Below are positions 18,169-27,615 of a stretch of 64,000 bases of DNA, one piece after another (within the stretch, counting starts at the first letter, position 1; each line of letters begins with the position of its first letter). The notes beneath the pieces were generated by a model. The model saw only the letters and a program-made list of their open reading frames with translations. It was not told the DNA's origin and did no database searches. The position numbers and the translations under genes were made by a program. Source of the stretch: an uncultured Candidatus Saccharibacteria bacterium (GTDB taxonomy: Bacteria; Patescibacteriota; Dojkabacteria; B142; OLB20). The stretch lies in NCBI GenBank assembly GCA_964461915.1, contig CAYWVD010000001.1, positions 299,168-363,167 on the forward strand, in the 5' to 3' direction.

Positions 18169-20094
18169 TTATTTTTCTAATACGTTAATAGCTTCAAGTA
18201 AAAGAGCATAATTCCATGCTTGAGATAAAGTTCCATCAGGGTTTTTATCTGTAGGATCAAAAACCTCAGGAATATATTTTAATCCCTTATCATTCATAGC
18301 ATCAAAAAATTTAACAAGTGTTTCTTTAATCTCGGTCTGCGCAGCCTTCCCTTTATAGCTATATAAAGCCACAAGGTAAAAACCCAAAAGGAAAGGCCAT
18401 ATAGCTCCATTATGGTAAGCCTTATCGCGCTCTTCAAGCGAACCTTTGTATGAAGACACAAAGGCTGAATCATTTGGAGAAAGTGTATAAAGTCCTAGTT
18501 CAGATAATAATTCTTTTCGTACAGTCGCTAAAATCTTTTCGGCTCGAATTTTAGGAAAAACTTTAAAGGGAAGAGCCAAACCCATAACCACATTAGGCCT
18601 TATTTGGTCATTAGATTCATCTTTACCAATATAGTCGTATACAAAGCCAAGTTTTTCAATATAAAAGTCTTTATTTATGTTTTTATGAAGAGTTTTTATA
18701 ATATTCTTAATGTTTTTATTTAGACAGGTAAGTTTAATTTTCTGTTCAAAGAATTCTAAGATTTTGAGTACATTTAGCCAAAGTAATTCGATTTCAATTA
18801 GATATCCAAAACGACCAGTGGCTGACTTTCCTTTAATTGAAGAATCCATCCATGAAAGTGAAACCTTTTTATCATCCCAGGTAATATAACCATTATCATC
18901 CATGTGAATACCAAAATCCGTTCCATTTATATATTCCGAAACTATAGTATTAAATTCATCAGATAAATTTAAAATCGTTTCTGAATCCTTTGTCTCAACG
19001 AAGTAATAATATGAAGCCACCACAAACCATAAGCTAGCATCAATTGAATTATAAGATTTACTATTTAATTCATTTGGAATTAGACCATTTTTAAGTTGTC
19101 TAGACCAAGATAATAAGACTTCTTTAGCAAAATCAAATTTTTTAGTAACTAGTAAAAGCCCCTTGAAAGAAATGAAAGTATCACGCCCCCAATCATTAAA
19201 CCAATGATAGCCAGCGACAATTGATTTGCGATTATTATAATCAATTAAAAAGTCATCTGATTTTTCAAATAAATATTTCCGAATATTCTTTATTTTATTT
19301 CTCTCATTTACGGCCTCATCATTCATTTCTATCGTAGGTTTTAATGTATTACTGATTTTGCCAGGCTGATCATGTAAAACATCAATATAATTGAACTGTA
19401 GAGTTATGTAATTATCGCCAGGTTCAAATTCGTGTTCAATTGTGCCTACTTTTATTTGATCTTCAATGGATTCGAGTCCTCTTTCTTCTTCAACAATATA
19501 TTTAAAATCATTGTATACGGTTTGTTCTAAATCAATATAATAATTTGTATTTAGTAGGCTCTTTGGATTAAAAGACAGTACTTTAATAGATAATTCTTCT
19601 TCCTTAGAAAGTTCAATGTCTAAAGTGTTTAAATATTTTTTAGTTTTAAAAAATGCATTATTTGAGTATTTTTTTAAACTGTGAATAGAACGATTCGTAA
19701 CAAAAGGGGATACATCTAGTTTGATCGGCATTGAATTACTGATTTCGTATTTCAAAGTTATCGAATTATTTTCCTGTGAGAGATTAATCTCCTTAATTAT
19801 TTTCAAACCCTCGACTAAATATTCAATAGCAATAGCATTCGATTTAATAATTGTTTTTTGAATATATTTAAGCCCATCAGGAGATTTAACACCTGATTTA
19901 TACCTAGCCGCATTTAGAAAGTATTCTTTTCCATTTATTGTAACTTTTTCTTCCACAGACCCGACAATAACCTTTCTGTTAAGGTTTTCATCAGATACTA
20001 TTAAAAGTCCATGGTATTTCCGAGTGTTTCCTTCTACCAAATCACTTGAAGAAAAACCTCCAATTTGATTAGTCAGTAAATATTCATTCTTCAT
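18169..20094 (-). CDS. amylo-alpha-1,6-glucosidase / glycogen debranching enzyme-like (GDE_C family)
   Basis: 641 aa. GYHWFNDWGRDTFISFKGLLL motif of archaeal-type glycogen debranching enzymes. Confidence 0.65.
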   Translation of the reverse strand: MKNEYLLTNQIGGFSSSDLVEGNTRKYHGLLIVSDENLNRKVIVGSVEEKVTINGKEYFLNAARYKSGVKSPDGLKYIQKTIIKSNAIAIEYLVEGLKIIKEINLSQENNSITLKYEISNSMPIKLDVSPFVTNRSIHSLKKYSNNAFFKTKKYLNTLDIELSKEEELSIKVLSFNPKSLLNTNYYIDLEQTVYNDFKYIVEEERGLESIEDQIKVGTIEHEFEPGDNYITLQFNYIDVLHDQPGKISNTLKPTIEMNDEAVNERNKIKNIRKYLFEKSDDFLIDYNNRKSIVAGYHWFNDWGRDTFISFKGLLLVTKKFDFAKEVLLSWSRQLKNGLIPNELNSKSYNSIDASLWFVVASYYYFVETKDSETILNLSDEFNTIVSEYINGTDFGIHMDDNGYITWDDKKVSLSWMDSSIKGKSATGRFGYLIEIELLWLNVLKILEFFEQKIKLTCLNKNIKNIIKTLHKNINKDFYIEKLGFVYDYIGKDESNDQIRPNVVMGLALPFKVFPKIRAEKILATVRKELLSELGLYTLSPNDSAFVSSYKGSLEERDKAYHNGAIWPFLLGFYLVALYSYKGKAAQTEIKETLVKFFDAMNDKGLKYIPEVFDPTDKNPDGTLSQAWNYALLLEAINVLEK

Positions 20095-20109
20095 GAGCAG
20101 TTTTTTATT

Positions 20110-20721
20110 TTAATCGCTTTCTAAATAAGCCATAAATCTTTTAATTGCCAGAACACTTAGCGCAATTATCATACCCGCCAACACTAAGTATAAAGCTATG
20201 GTAAGTAAATTATAAATATTTTTATTAGATGAATATGAGTCTATTATTGGCAAGACTTCAAATTCTTTATTAAGTGTTATTGGGGTTTCGACATTATTTA
20301 TGTAGTTCCTTTCGTAGGCAGCAGCCATTACTTGAACAGCTAAATTCATTTTATAATCTTCGAAAAGGGTATATTTTGTTTTTGGCTCGAATTGCTTAAC
20401 AATAATATAAGGTTCATTAGCTTTAATATTAATTATGTCTTTTTTTTCCCCGACAACTTTTAGAATATTTTCATCATAAAACCAATCTACACCAACCTTG
20501 CTAGAATCAATGCTAGAGTTAATTGTTAGCTTTACACTAATTAATTTTTGAGGATAGTTTTGATCAATAACTTTTAAATCAAGCTTTATGGCTTCATCAA
20601 GCCCTACAGGCTTTTCATCAGTTGACGCTGCAAAACTCTTAGCATTTGGAATTACGAACAACAGTGATATCACCAATACCAGAATGATGTTTAGGATTTT
20701 GGATAGTCGCACTTTGGGCAA
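20110..20721 (-). CDS. hypothetical exported protein with C-terminal TM anchor
   Basis: 203 aa. N-terminal signal peptide, C-terminal hydrophobic helix. No recognisable motifs. Confidence 0.3.
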   Translation of the reverse strand: MPKVRLSKILNIILVLVISLLFVIPNAKSFAASTDEKPVGLDEAIKLDLKVIDQNYPQKLISVKLTINSSIDSSKVGVDWFYDENILKVVGEKKDIINIKANEPYIIVKQFEPKTKYTLFEDYKMNLAVQVMAAAYERNYINNVETPITLNKEFEVLPIIDSYSSNKNIYNLLTIALYLVLAGMIIALSVLAIKRFMAYLESD

Positions 20722-20797
20722 TAGATAAAAAATATCTGAAACAAAATATAAGATAATATTATCTATTATTTAATAAGAATTCAATTTAAGAAAATGC

Positions 20798-22237
20798 TTA
20801 AAGCCCCAGATGTTTATTGATTAATGATTCGGCAAGCTTGGGGTTAGCCTTCCCTTTAGTTGCCCTCATTACTTGACCTATTAAGAATTTTGCAGCATTT
20901 GGATTTTTCTCAACAGTTTTTACAACATTTGGATTATCTTTAATGACTTGAATAACAACTTCTTCAATTGCCTTATCGTCATTGATCACTAACAAATTTT
21001 GTTTTGTAGCGTATTCTTCGGGATCTTCTGAAGTCTCGAAGATTGCAGACAATATTTGCTTAGCAATAGATCCAGAGACCTTACCGCTTTTTAACATTAA
21101 AACTAATTTTAAAAGATTAGTTGGTTTAAATTTTAAATCTTTTAATTTAATTTTTTTTGTTTTCATTAAAGCTGAAACATCACCAATGAACCATTTTGCG
21201 ATTTCTTTTACAACTTCAACATCTTTGACATCTTTTATAGACTCTTCAAACCAATCGGCCTTTTGCTTTTTGGAAATAATTGTTTCTGCTGTAGATGGCT
21301 CAATGCCATAGTCTTTTATATATCTATCTTTCTTTTCTTGAGGCAACTCAATAATTTCCGACTTAATCTTTTTGATTTGTTCATCATTAAAGATTATTGG
21401 TGGAATATCAGGCTCAGGAAAGTAACGATAATCGTCCGAGGATTCTTTTATTCTTTGACTATAGGTTTCCCCTGACATATCTTTGATTCCGCGAGTTTCT
21501 TGAATAGGTGTTTCGTTATTATTCAAGATTTCGGACTGCCTTTCAAATTCATACTTTATTACTTTTTCTAAAACCGAAATTGACCCAATGTTTTTGATTT
21601 CAACTTTGTAATTAGGAAGTTTTTTAGTACCGGCTTCGCGAAGGGATATGTTAAGTTCGAATCGCATCTGACCTTTTTCCATGTCTGCATCAGATATATC
21701 CAAATATTTAACTATCTGCTTTAGTCGTTTAGCAAATAAATTAACCTCCTCGACATTTGAAAAGTCCGGTTCTGTAACGATTTCGACCAATGGAACTCCA
21801 GACTTGTTGAAGTCTAATTTAGTTTCATTATTTTCATGAATTGACTTTCCGGTATCTTCTTCTTGATGTACTCGGGTTATTCTTATTCTATGTGAGTCCC
21901 CATGAATGTCATACTCCAAATATCCATCATAGCCAAAAGGAAGGTCATACTGAGAAATCTGATAGCCCTTTGGAAGATCAGGATAAAAATAGTTTTTTCT
22001 ATCAAATTTTGAGAATTTGTTAATTTTACAATTTAAGGCCAGACTTAGTTTTATGCACTTTTCAATAGCAGCCTTATTGGGTACTGGTAATGCTCCGGGT
22101 AATCCCAAACAAACCGGGCAGACATGGGAATTTGGAGCCGATTGAAAGTATTTGGCATCGCATCTGCAAAACATTTTTGAATTTGTTTTTGCCTGGACAT
22201 GAATCTCAAGTCCAATAACCATTTCTAGATCTTTCAT
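20798..22237 (-). CDS. gatB: Asp/Glu-tRNA amidotransferase subunit B
   Basis: 479 aa. N-terminus MVIGLEIHVQ..., CD..F...PN. and the C-terminal GatB/YqeY domain. Confidence 0.9.
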   Translation of the reverse strand: MKDLEMVIGLEIHVQAKTNSKMFCRCDAKYFQSAPNSHVCPVCLGLPGALPVPNKAAIEKCIKLSLALNCKINKFSKFDRKNYFYPDLPKGYQISQYDLPFGYDGYLEYDIHGDSHRIRITRVHQEEDTGKSIHENNETKLDFNKSGVPLVEIVTEPDFSNVEEVNLFAKRLKQIVKYLDISDADMEKGQMRFELNISLREAGTKKLPNYKVEIKNIGSISVLEKVIKYEFERQSEILNNNETPIQETRGIKDMSGETYSQRIKESSDDYRYFPEPDIPPIIFNDEQIKKIKSEIIELPQEKKDRYIKDYGIEPSTAETIISKKQKADWFEESIKDVKDVEVVKEIAKWFIGDVSALMKTKKIKLKDLKFKPTNLLKLVLMLKSGKVSGSIAKQILSAIFETSEDPEEYATKQNLLVINDDKAIEEVVIQVIKDNPNVVKTVEKNPNAAKFLIGQVMRATKGKANPKLAESLINKHLGL

Positions 22238-23682
22238 TTGTTTATTCTGTTTTCAAAAATATAGGCTGTATCAAGAACTAATTGTTCTTTAAACTGTGGA
22301 GCAAAGAACTGCATTCCAATAGGCAAGTTATCATTATTGAAACCTATTGGTATTGAAATACATGGAAGACCAGCCAATGCACTTGATTCAGTTAATAAAT
22401 CAGCCATTTCACCAAATAGAGGATTATCTTTGGAAGAACCAATTTTTGGTGCAGGCCCCGGCATTGTAGGTCCAGCAATAATATCTACTTCTTTAAAAGC
22501 TCTTTTAAAATCTTCAATTATTAAAGTTCTAACCTTTTGGGCCTTTTTATAATAGGCATCATAATAACCTGCAGATAAAGCATAAGCTCCTGTCATGCTC
22601 CTTTGTTTAGCTTCGCTACCGAAACCTTCACCACGATTTAATGCAATTTGATCAATTATAGTTTCTGCTTTTAAAGTTGAATTATGGCCATACCTTATTC
22701 CATCAATTCTAGCTAAATTTGAAGATACTTCAGACCTACAAACCAGAGTGTAAACAGCCATCGAATATTTAGGATCAATCAAGTCAATTGGAATTATTTT
22801 AGCACCTAGTTTTTTATATTCCGCCAAAGTCTTTTCTACAAGGGTCTTTGTGAACTTATCGATTCTTTCATCTAGGAACTGTTTTGGAACTCCAATTTTT
22901 ATTTTTAAATTTTTATCAGTTAAATTTTCAAAATATTTTGTTTTCTCCTCCTTAATTGATGTTGCGTCAAATTCGTCACCTCCAGCTAAAACATCGCTCA
23001 CAATTGCTAAATCTCTAACAGAATTTGCTAAAATGCCAGGCCTATCTAGTGAAGACCCCATAGCAATTACACCATATCTTGAGAATCGTCCATATGTAGG
23101 GGCAAAGCCATATACACCGCACCATGCAGCAGGGCCTCTCACAGAACCAGCAGTTTCGCTTCCGATTGCATAAGTAGAAAAGTTAGCTGCTACGGCTGCA
23201 GAACTTCCTCCCGATGAACCACCAGGGATTCTACTTTTATCATGAGGATTTTTAGTGACCCCATAGTCAGAGGTTTCAGTGGATGAACCATGTGCAAAAG
23301 CATCCAAGTTTGCCTTGCCAACTATTACAGCTCCAGAATCTACTAATCTTTGAGTAACAGTGGCGTTATAGGGAGAAATATAGTTATCCAAGATCTTACT
23401 TGAAGCAGTTGTTTTTGTACCAATATAGTTGAAGTTATCCTTTAAAGCCAAAGGAATTCCAGCAATTAAAGAAATTTCCTCATTGTTCTTTATCTTTTTA
23501 TCAATTTCGCTTGCCTGTTTTAAGGCCATGTCTTTTGTAAGAGTAACGAAGGCATTGATTTCTTTTTCCTTTTTTTCGATTTCTTGGAAATAAGCATTAG
23601 TAAGTTCGGTAGAAGTAATTTCTCCCGATACTAAACTTTTATGTAAATCTTCAATCGTTCTTTTTAAAATATTGATTTTCAT
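22234..23682 (-). CDS. gatA: Asp/Glu-tRNA amidotransferase subunit A (amidase)
   Basis: 482 aa. Amidase signature GGSSGGSSAAVAA and Ser-cisSer-Lys triad context. Confidence 0.9.
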   Translation of the reverse strand: MKINILKRTIEDLHKSLVSGEITSTELTNAYFQEIEKKEKEINAFVTLTKDMALKQASEIDKKIKNNEEISLIAGIPLALKDNFNYIGTKTTASSKILDNYISPYNATVTQRLVDSGAVIVGKANLDAFAHGSSTETSDYGVTKNPHDKSRIPGGSSGGSSAAVAANFSTYAIGSETAGSVRGPAAWCGVYGFAPTYGRFSRYGVIAMGSSLDRPGILANSVRDLAIVSDVLAGGDEFDATSIKEEKTKYFENLTDKNLKIKIGVPKQFLDERIDKFTKTLVEKTLAEYKKLGAKIIPIDLIDPKYSMAVYTLVCRSEVSSNLARIDGIRYGHNSTLKAETIIDQIALNRGEGFGSEAKQRSMTGAYALSAGYYDAYYKKAQKVRTLIIEDFKRAFKEVDIIAGPTMPGPAPKIGSSKDNPLFGEMADLLTESSALAGLPCISIPIGFNNDNLPIGMQFFAPQFKEQLVLDTAYIFENRINK

Positions 23683-23683
23683 A

Positions 23684-23971
23684 TTAGTTTATAACTCTTT
23701 TTACTGTAAAATAATCGTTCAATAAATTTGATTTATTTGGATAATCTTTAATATTTAATCCATTTTTCACCACATCTTCGGCAAGTACATTAACTAACCC
23801 ATGGGTCTGAGAAGTTTCAGGAGTTTTTGAAGTATCTAATTCTTTTAATACATCGACTGAATCAAGTACTCTACTTAATTGATTTTGAAACTTTTCAATT
23901 TCATCGTCTTGAAGGTGAATTTTGATCAGACTAGCAGTTTTTTGAACTTGTTCTTTTGATAATTTAGTCAT
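23684..23971 (-). CDS. gatC: Asp/Glu-tRNA amidotransferase subunit C
   Basis: 95 aa, immediately upstream of gatA in a gatCAB arrangement. Confidence 0.75.
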   Translation of the reverse strand: MTKLSKEQVQKTASLIKIHLQDDEIEKFQNQLSRVLDSVDVLKELDTSKTPETSQTHGLVNVLAEDVVKNGLNIKDYPNKSNLLNDYFTVKRVIN

Positions 23972-24078
23972 TTTCAGTTATGGTATATAACTTGTAATTT
24001 TAAACCATTCATATGCAAAATACAATTCAAGCTATTTAAATATTGTTAAAAAAGTACCTCGTAATGTATATTGTTTGT

Positions 24079-24852
24079 ATGAAAAATTACAAATTTATTT
24101 CCTGGAATGTTAATGGTATCAGAGCCGTTTTTAAAAAGGGTTTTTTAGATTGGTTTCAAAAGGAATCGCCAGATTTCTTATGCCTACAAGAAACAAAAGC
24201 ACATGAAGACCAACTTCCAATGGATTTAAGGCTAGTTCCAAATTACACAGCATTTTTTTCTTCGGGTGAAAGAAAAGGCTATAGTGGGGTTGGTGTTTAC
24301 GCAAAAGATCCTGCGATCAAATTCAATAACAAACTTGGGAAAGATGAATTTGACAATGAAGGGAGAACAATTATTTTAGAATATCCAGAGTTTTACTTAC
24401 TTAACATATATTTCCCTAATGGCCAAAGATCCCATGAACGAGTTCAATTTAAATTGGACTTTTACGAACAATTTTTAAAAGTTATAAAAAATTTGGAAAA
24501 ATCTGGCAAAATGATAATCGTATGTGGAGATGTTAATACAGCTCACACTGAGATAGATCTTTCAAGGCCAAAAGAGAATTCAAAAACATCGGGCTTTTTA
24601 CCTGAAGAAAGAGCGTTTCTAGATAAACTAGTTCAAAATGGTTATGTAGATACTTTTAGAATTTTCAATAAGGAACCCAACAATTTTACTTGGTGGGATG
24701 TAAAATCCAGAGCCAGAGAAAGAAACATCGGCTGGAGAATAGATTATTTTTTTGTAGATAAAAACCACAAAGACAATGTAACTAAAGCTGGGATCATGTC
24801 TGATGTTATGGGTTCTGATCATGCTCCAATATTTATTAATATTAAAATTTAA
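24079..24852 (+). CDS. xth: exodeoxyribonuclease III
   Basis: Canonical N-terminus MKNYKFISWNVNGIRA and FLCLQETK. The ORF track starts 12 codons earlier at 24043, but the ATG at 24079 is more likely. Confidence 0.85.
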   Translation: MKNYKFISWNVNGIRAVFKKGFLDWFQKESPDFLCLQETKAHEDQLPMDLRLVPNYTAFFSSGERKGYSGVGVYAKDPAIKFNNKLGKDEFDNEGRTIILEYPEFYLLNIYFPNGQRSHERVQFKLDFYEQFLKVIKNLEKSGKMIIVCGDVNTAHTEIDLSRPKENSKTSGFLPEERAFLDKLVQNGYVDTFRIFNKEPNNFTWWDVKSRARERNIGWRIDYFFVDKNHKDNVTKAGIMSDVMGSDHAPIFINIKI

Positions 24853-24870
24853 TTTTTAAAAATAACTTAA

Positions 24871-25092
24871 ATGGCCAAAATTAAAGTATCAATTTTAAAA
24901 GGTGATTGTATGGGATGTGGGACTTGTTATGCAGCCTACCCAGAGATATTTGAAATGGATGTTGATGGCAAAGCAAAAGTTAAAGATGAATTCAACAATG
25001 TCGAAATTCAGGATTCCGCTTTAATTGAAAAAGCAAAATCTGCAGCATCTATGTGCCCAAATGGTGCAATTAAGATTGAGGAGATCCAATAA
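24871..25092 (+). CDS. small ferredoxin (single Cys cluster)
   Basis: 73 aa. CMGCGTC...CP motif. Confidence 0.55.
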   Translation: MAKIKVSILKGDCMGCGTCYAAYPEIFEMDVDGKAKVKDEFNNVEIQDSALIEKAKSAASMCPNGAIKIEEIQ

Positions 25093-25852
25093 ATTTTGCC
25101 TGAAAAAAATACTGCTTAATTCGATTAATAAAATGGCATAGAGCAACTGTGCCCATTATTATTGAACCTTCTACATGCCAGTAGATAAAATTAAAGTCTA
25201 TATCATTTAGAGCTGGTATTGAGTATTGCATTATCATCAAAACACCAAAAAAGAACGAAGGGATCAATGTTATTAAAAGAACACTATTCCAAAAGAGGTT
25301 AAAGACTGGCAATGTAAACAATTTGGATTTATAACCTCTTTTTGTAAGCGCATACCATCCCCAATATAAAAGACCTGTAATCAAAACCAAAGGAAGAAAA
25401 ACATAAGGATTTTTTGTTTCAACAGGCGAAGTACTAATATCAACTTTATTTTCGACAGCTTGAGTTACTATAATTGTTGCAGCAGGATTCTCTTGTTCTT
25501 GGCTAGGAATCGCAGTATTGGTAGCTTTAACAGTAGATAGTTTTCCAATTCTGTAATTTTCAAGTAGGGCATAACTACTGCTTTTATGATCACGGTTAGT
25601 ACCATCTTTAGTTTGAAAGGCCTCAGTCATATCTGTTCCACACCAATCACGAATGTCTAAATATCTGTCATGTAATTTTAAATAAGTTGTTAAATCGTAA
25701 ACATTTCCATCAAAAATCACATAACAGTTGCTTTCTGTGTTATGTTTAGCAACTTCAGACGCAGTGAAGCTAAAATCTTCGGCATTTATGGACTTGAAGG
25801 ATAAAACAGTTAACATTGAAACAAAAAACAAAACAGTTTTTATTTTTCTCAT
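25070..25852 (-). CDS. exported cytochrome b5-like domain protein with C-terminal multi-TM region
   Basis: 260 aa. Signal peptide, then EVAKHNTESNCYVIFDGNVYDLTTYLKLH resembling cyt-b5 HN..DCW..I.G.VYD.T.F..H, but without a canonical HPGG. Four C-terminal TM helices. Confidence 0.35.
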   Translation of the reverse strand: MRKIKTVLFFVSMLTVLSFKSINAEDFSFTASEVAKHNTESNCYVIFDGNVYDLTTYLKLHDRYLDIRDWCGTDMTEAFQTKDGTNRDHKSSSYALLENYRIGKLSTVKATNTAIPSQEQENPAATIIVTQAVENKVDISTSPVETKNPYVFLPLVLITGLLYWGWYALTKRGYKSKLFTLPVFNLFWNSVLLITLIPSFFFGVLMIMQYSIPALNDIDFNFIYWHVEGSIIMGTVALCHFINRIKQYFFQAKFIGSPQS

Positions 25853-25911
25853 ATATATTAATTTTAATTATAAAAATATTATACATAATATAGTTATGCT
25901 AGAATAGTTTT

Positions 25912-27615
25912 GTGAAAATCCTATTAAAAATTCTTAAAAAACCAAAATTTGTTTTATTGCAAATCCTCTCGTTCGTTTTCTTGATTGCTAGTAATATTAT
26001 TGGCCTTGGGATTGCTGTAGTATCCGGGAAATGGCTTGATGATTTTTTAGTCACACGGTCCTTACCAGAAGATTTCACTACCATAATAATACTTGCTTCA
26101 TTAATTAGTTTTATCGTTCCTTATGCATCATCAATGATAACTAATTTAATTTCCGAGATGTTGGCTGTTGATTTAAGAAAGATCTTGGTGGAAAAATATT
26201 TCTCTCAAAATTATGAAATTTACAACAATGTTAACAGTGGGAAAATGTTCACAATATTTACAAACGATGTAAACCAAATAAAAGACATCGTTTCAAGGAT
26301 AGTTAACTCTTTGATATCAGCGATAATCATGCTCATTGGTAGCACGGCTTTAATGCTATATTTTAATGCGAAATTAGCTTTCGCTGTATTTGTAGTAATA
26401 CCACTTATTCTTTTTGTTGCGTTTTTTATTATTAAAAGATTAGGTAAGTTTTTTAAGAAAATCCAAAAAAAGAGAGATAATTTAAATAAAGTAATCGAAG
26501 AGAACATAAAAGGCTCAATGTTGATAAGAGTTTTCGCCTCAGAGTTGGATGAAATTTCAAAATTCGGAAAAGCCAATAAAGAATTCCGAGATCTTTCGTT
26601 AAACGTTGTTAAATATTTCTCTTTACTTTTTCCACTAATTAATATGGCTTTGTTCATGGGCCAATTACTCGTTTTGTATTTAGGAGGTGAATCAGTGATT
26701 GAAGGTACTATGTCATTAGGTCAACTTTCAACATTTAATATGCTCGTAATTATTTTTACAGCTCCATTTATCATTATTAGCTTTATAACCAATTTTATAA
26801 CTCAAGCAGTTGTTTCCTTAAAAAGAGTTAATGAGATACTGGACTACAAAATTGAACCCCATATTGGTCAAGAAAATATTGAAGAATTTGAATCTCTTGA
26901 ACTTCAAAATGTTGATTATAAAATTGGGAAAACTAAAGTATTAAATAATATTAATCTTTCTATTTCCAAAGGCGAAAGTATCGGAATAATTGGTACCACA
27001 GCATCAGGTAAAACTTCTTTAATTAAACTTATTCTTGGTATGACAAAACCCTCAAAAGGGCAAGTGCTTATCAATGGCAAACCAATAGAATCGATCAACC
27101 CCACTCTTTATCAAAAGATCTTTGGATATGTTCCACAATCTAGTCAACTTTTTAATGATTCCATACTTCAAAATATTAAATTCTACAGGGATTTATCCAA
27201 AGAGGATTTAGATTTAGCCATAACTTCTGCAAAGGTTAACGAATTTAGTGATAAATTTAATGACAATTTAAATACAATTGTTAGTGAACGAGGCACAAAT
27301 CTATCAGGTGGGCAAAAACAAAGGATTATTATCTCAAGAGCTTTGGCTCATCAACCTCAAATTTTAATATTGGACGATTCAACTGCAAAACTGGATTCTG
27401 TTACCGAGAAAACTGTTTTAAATAATATTAAAACAAATTACAAAGGAATAACCTTAATAAATATTGCAGCAAAAATCTCTTCTATCAAAGATTCAACAAA
27501 GATTATCGTTATGGATCAGGGTGAAATTAAAGATACTGGCACTCATGAAGAATTATTACAAAAATCTTATCTATATCAAGAAATTGAATTAAGCCAAAAT
27601 AATTATCATGGATAA
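25912..27615 (+). CDS. ABC exporter, fused permease/ATPase (heterodimer half)
   Basis: 567 aa. 6-TM domain plus NBD with GTTASGKTS Walker A, LSGGQKQR signature, ILILDD Walker B. Confidence 0.85.
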   Translation: MKILLKILKKPKFVLLQILSFVFLIASNIIGLGIAVVSGKWLDDFLVTRSLPEDFTTIIILASLISFIVPYASSMITNLISEMLAVDLRKILVEKYFSQNYEIYNNVNSGKMFTIFTNDVNQIKDIVSRIVNSLISAIIMLIGSTALMLYFNAKLAFAVFVVIPLILFVAFFIIKRLGKFFKKIQKKRDNLNKVIEENIKGSMLIRVFASELDEISKFGKANKEFRDLSLNVVKYFSLLFPLINMALFMGQLLVLYLGGESVIEGTMSLGQLSTFNMLVIIFTAPFIIISFITNFITQAVVSLKRVNEILDYKIEPHIGQENIEEFESLELQNVDYKIGKTKVLNNINLSISKGESIGIIGTTASGKTSLIKLILGMTKPSKGQVLINGKPIESINPTLYQKIFGYVPQSSQLFNDSILQNIKFYRDLSKEDLDLAITSAKVNEFSDKFNDNLNTIVSERGTNLSGGQKQRIIISRALAHQPQILILDDSTAKLDSVTEKTVLNNIKTNYKGITLINIAAKISSIKDSTKIIVMDQGEIKDTGTHEELLQKSYLYQEIELSQNNYHG

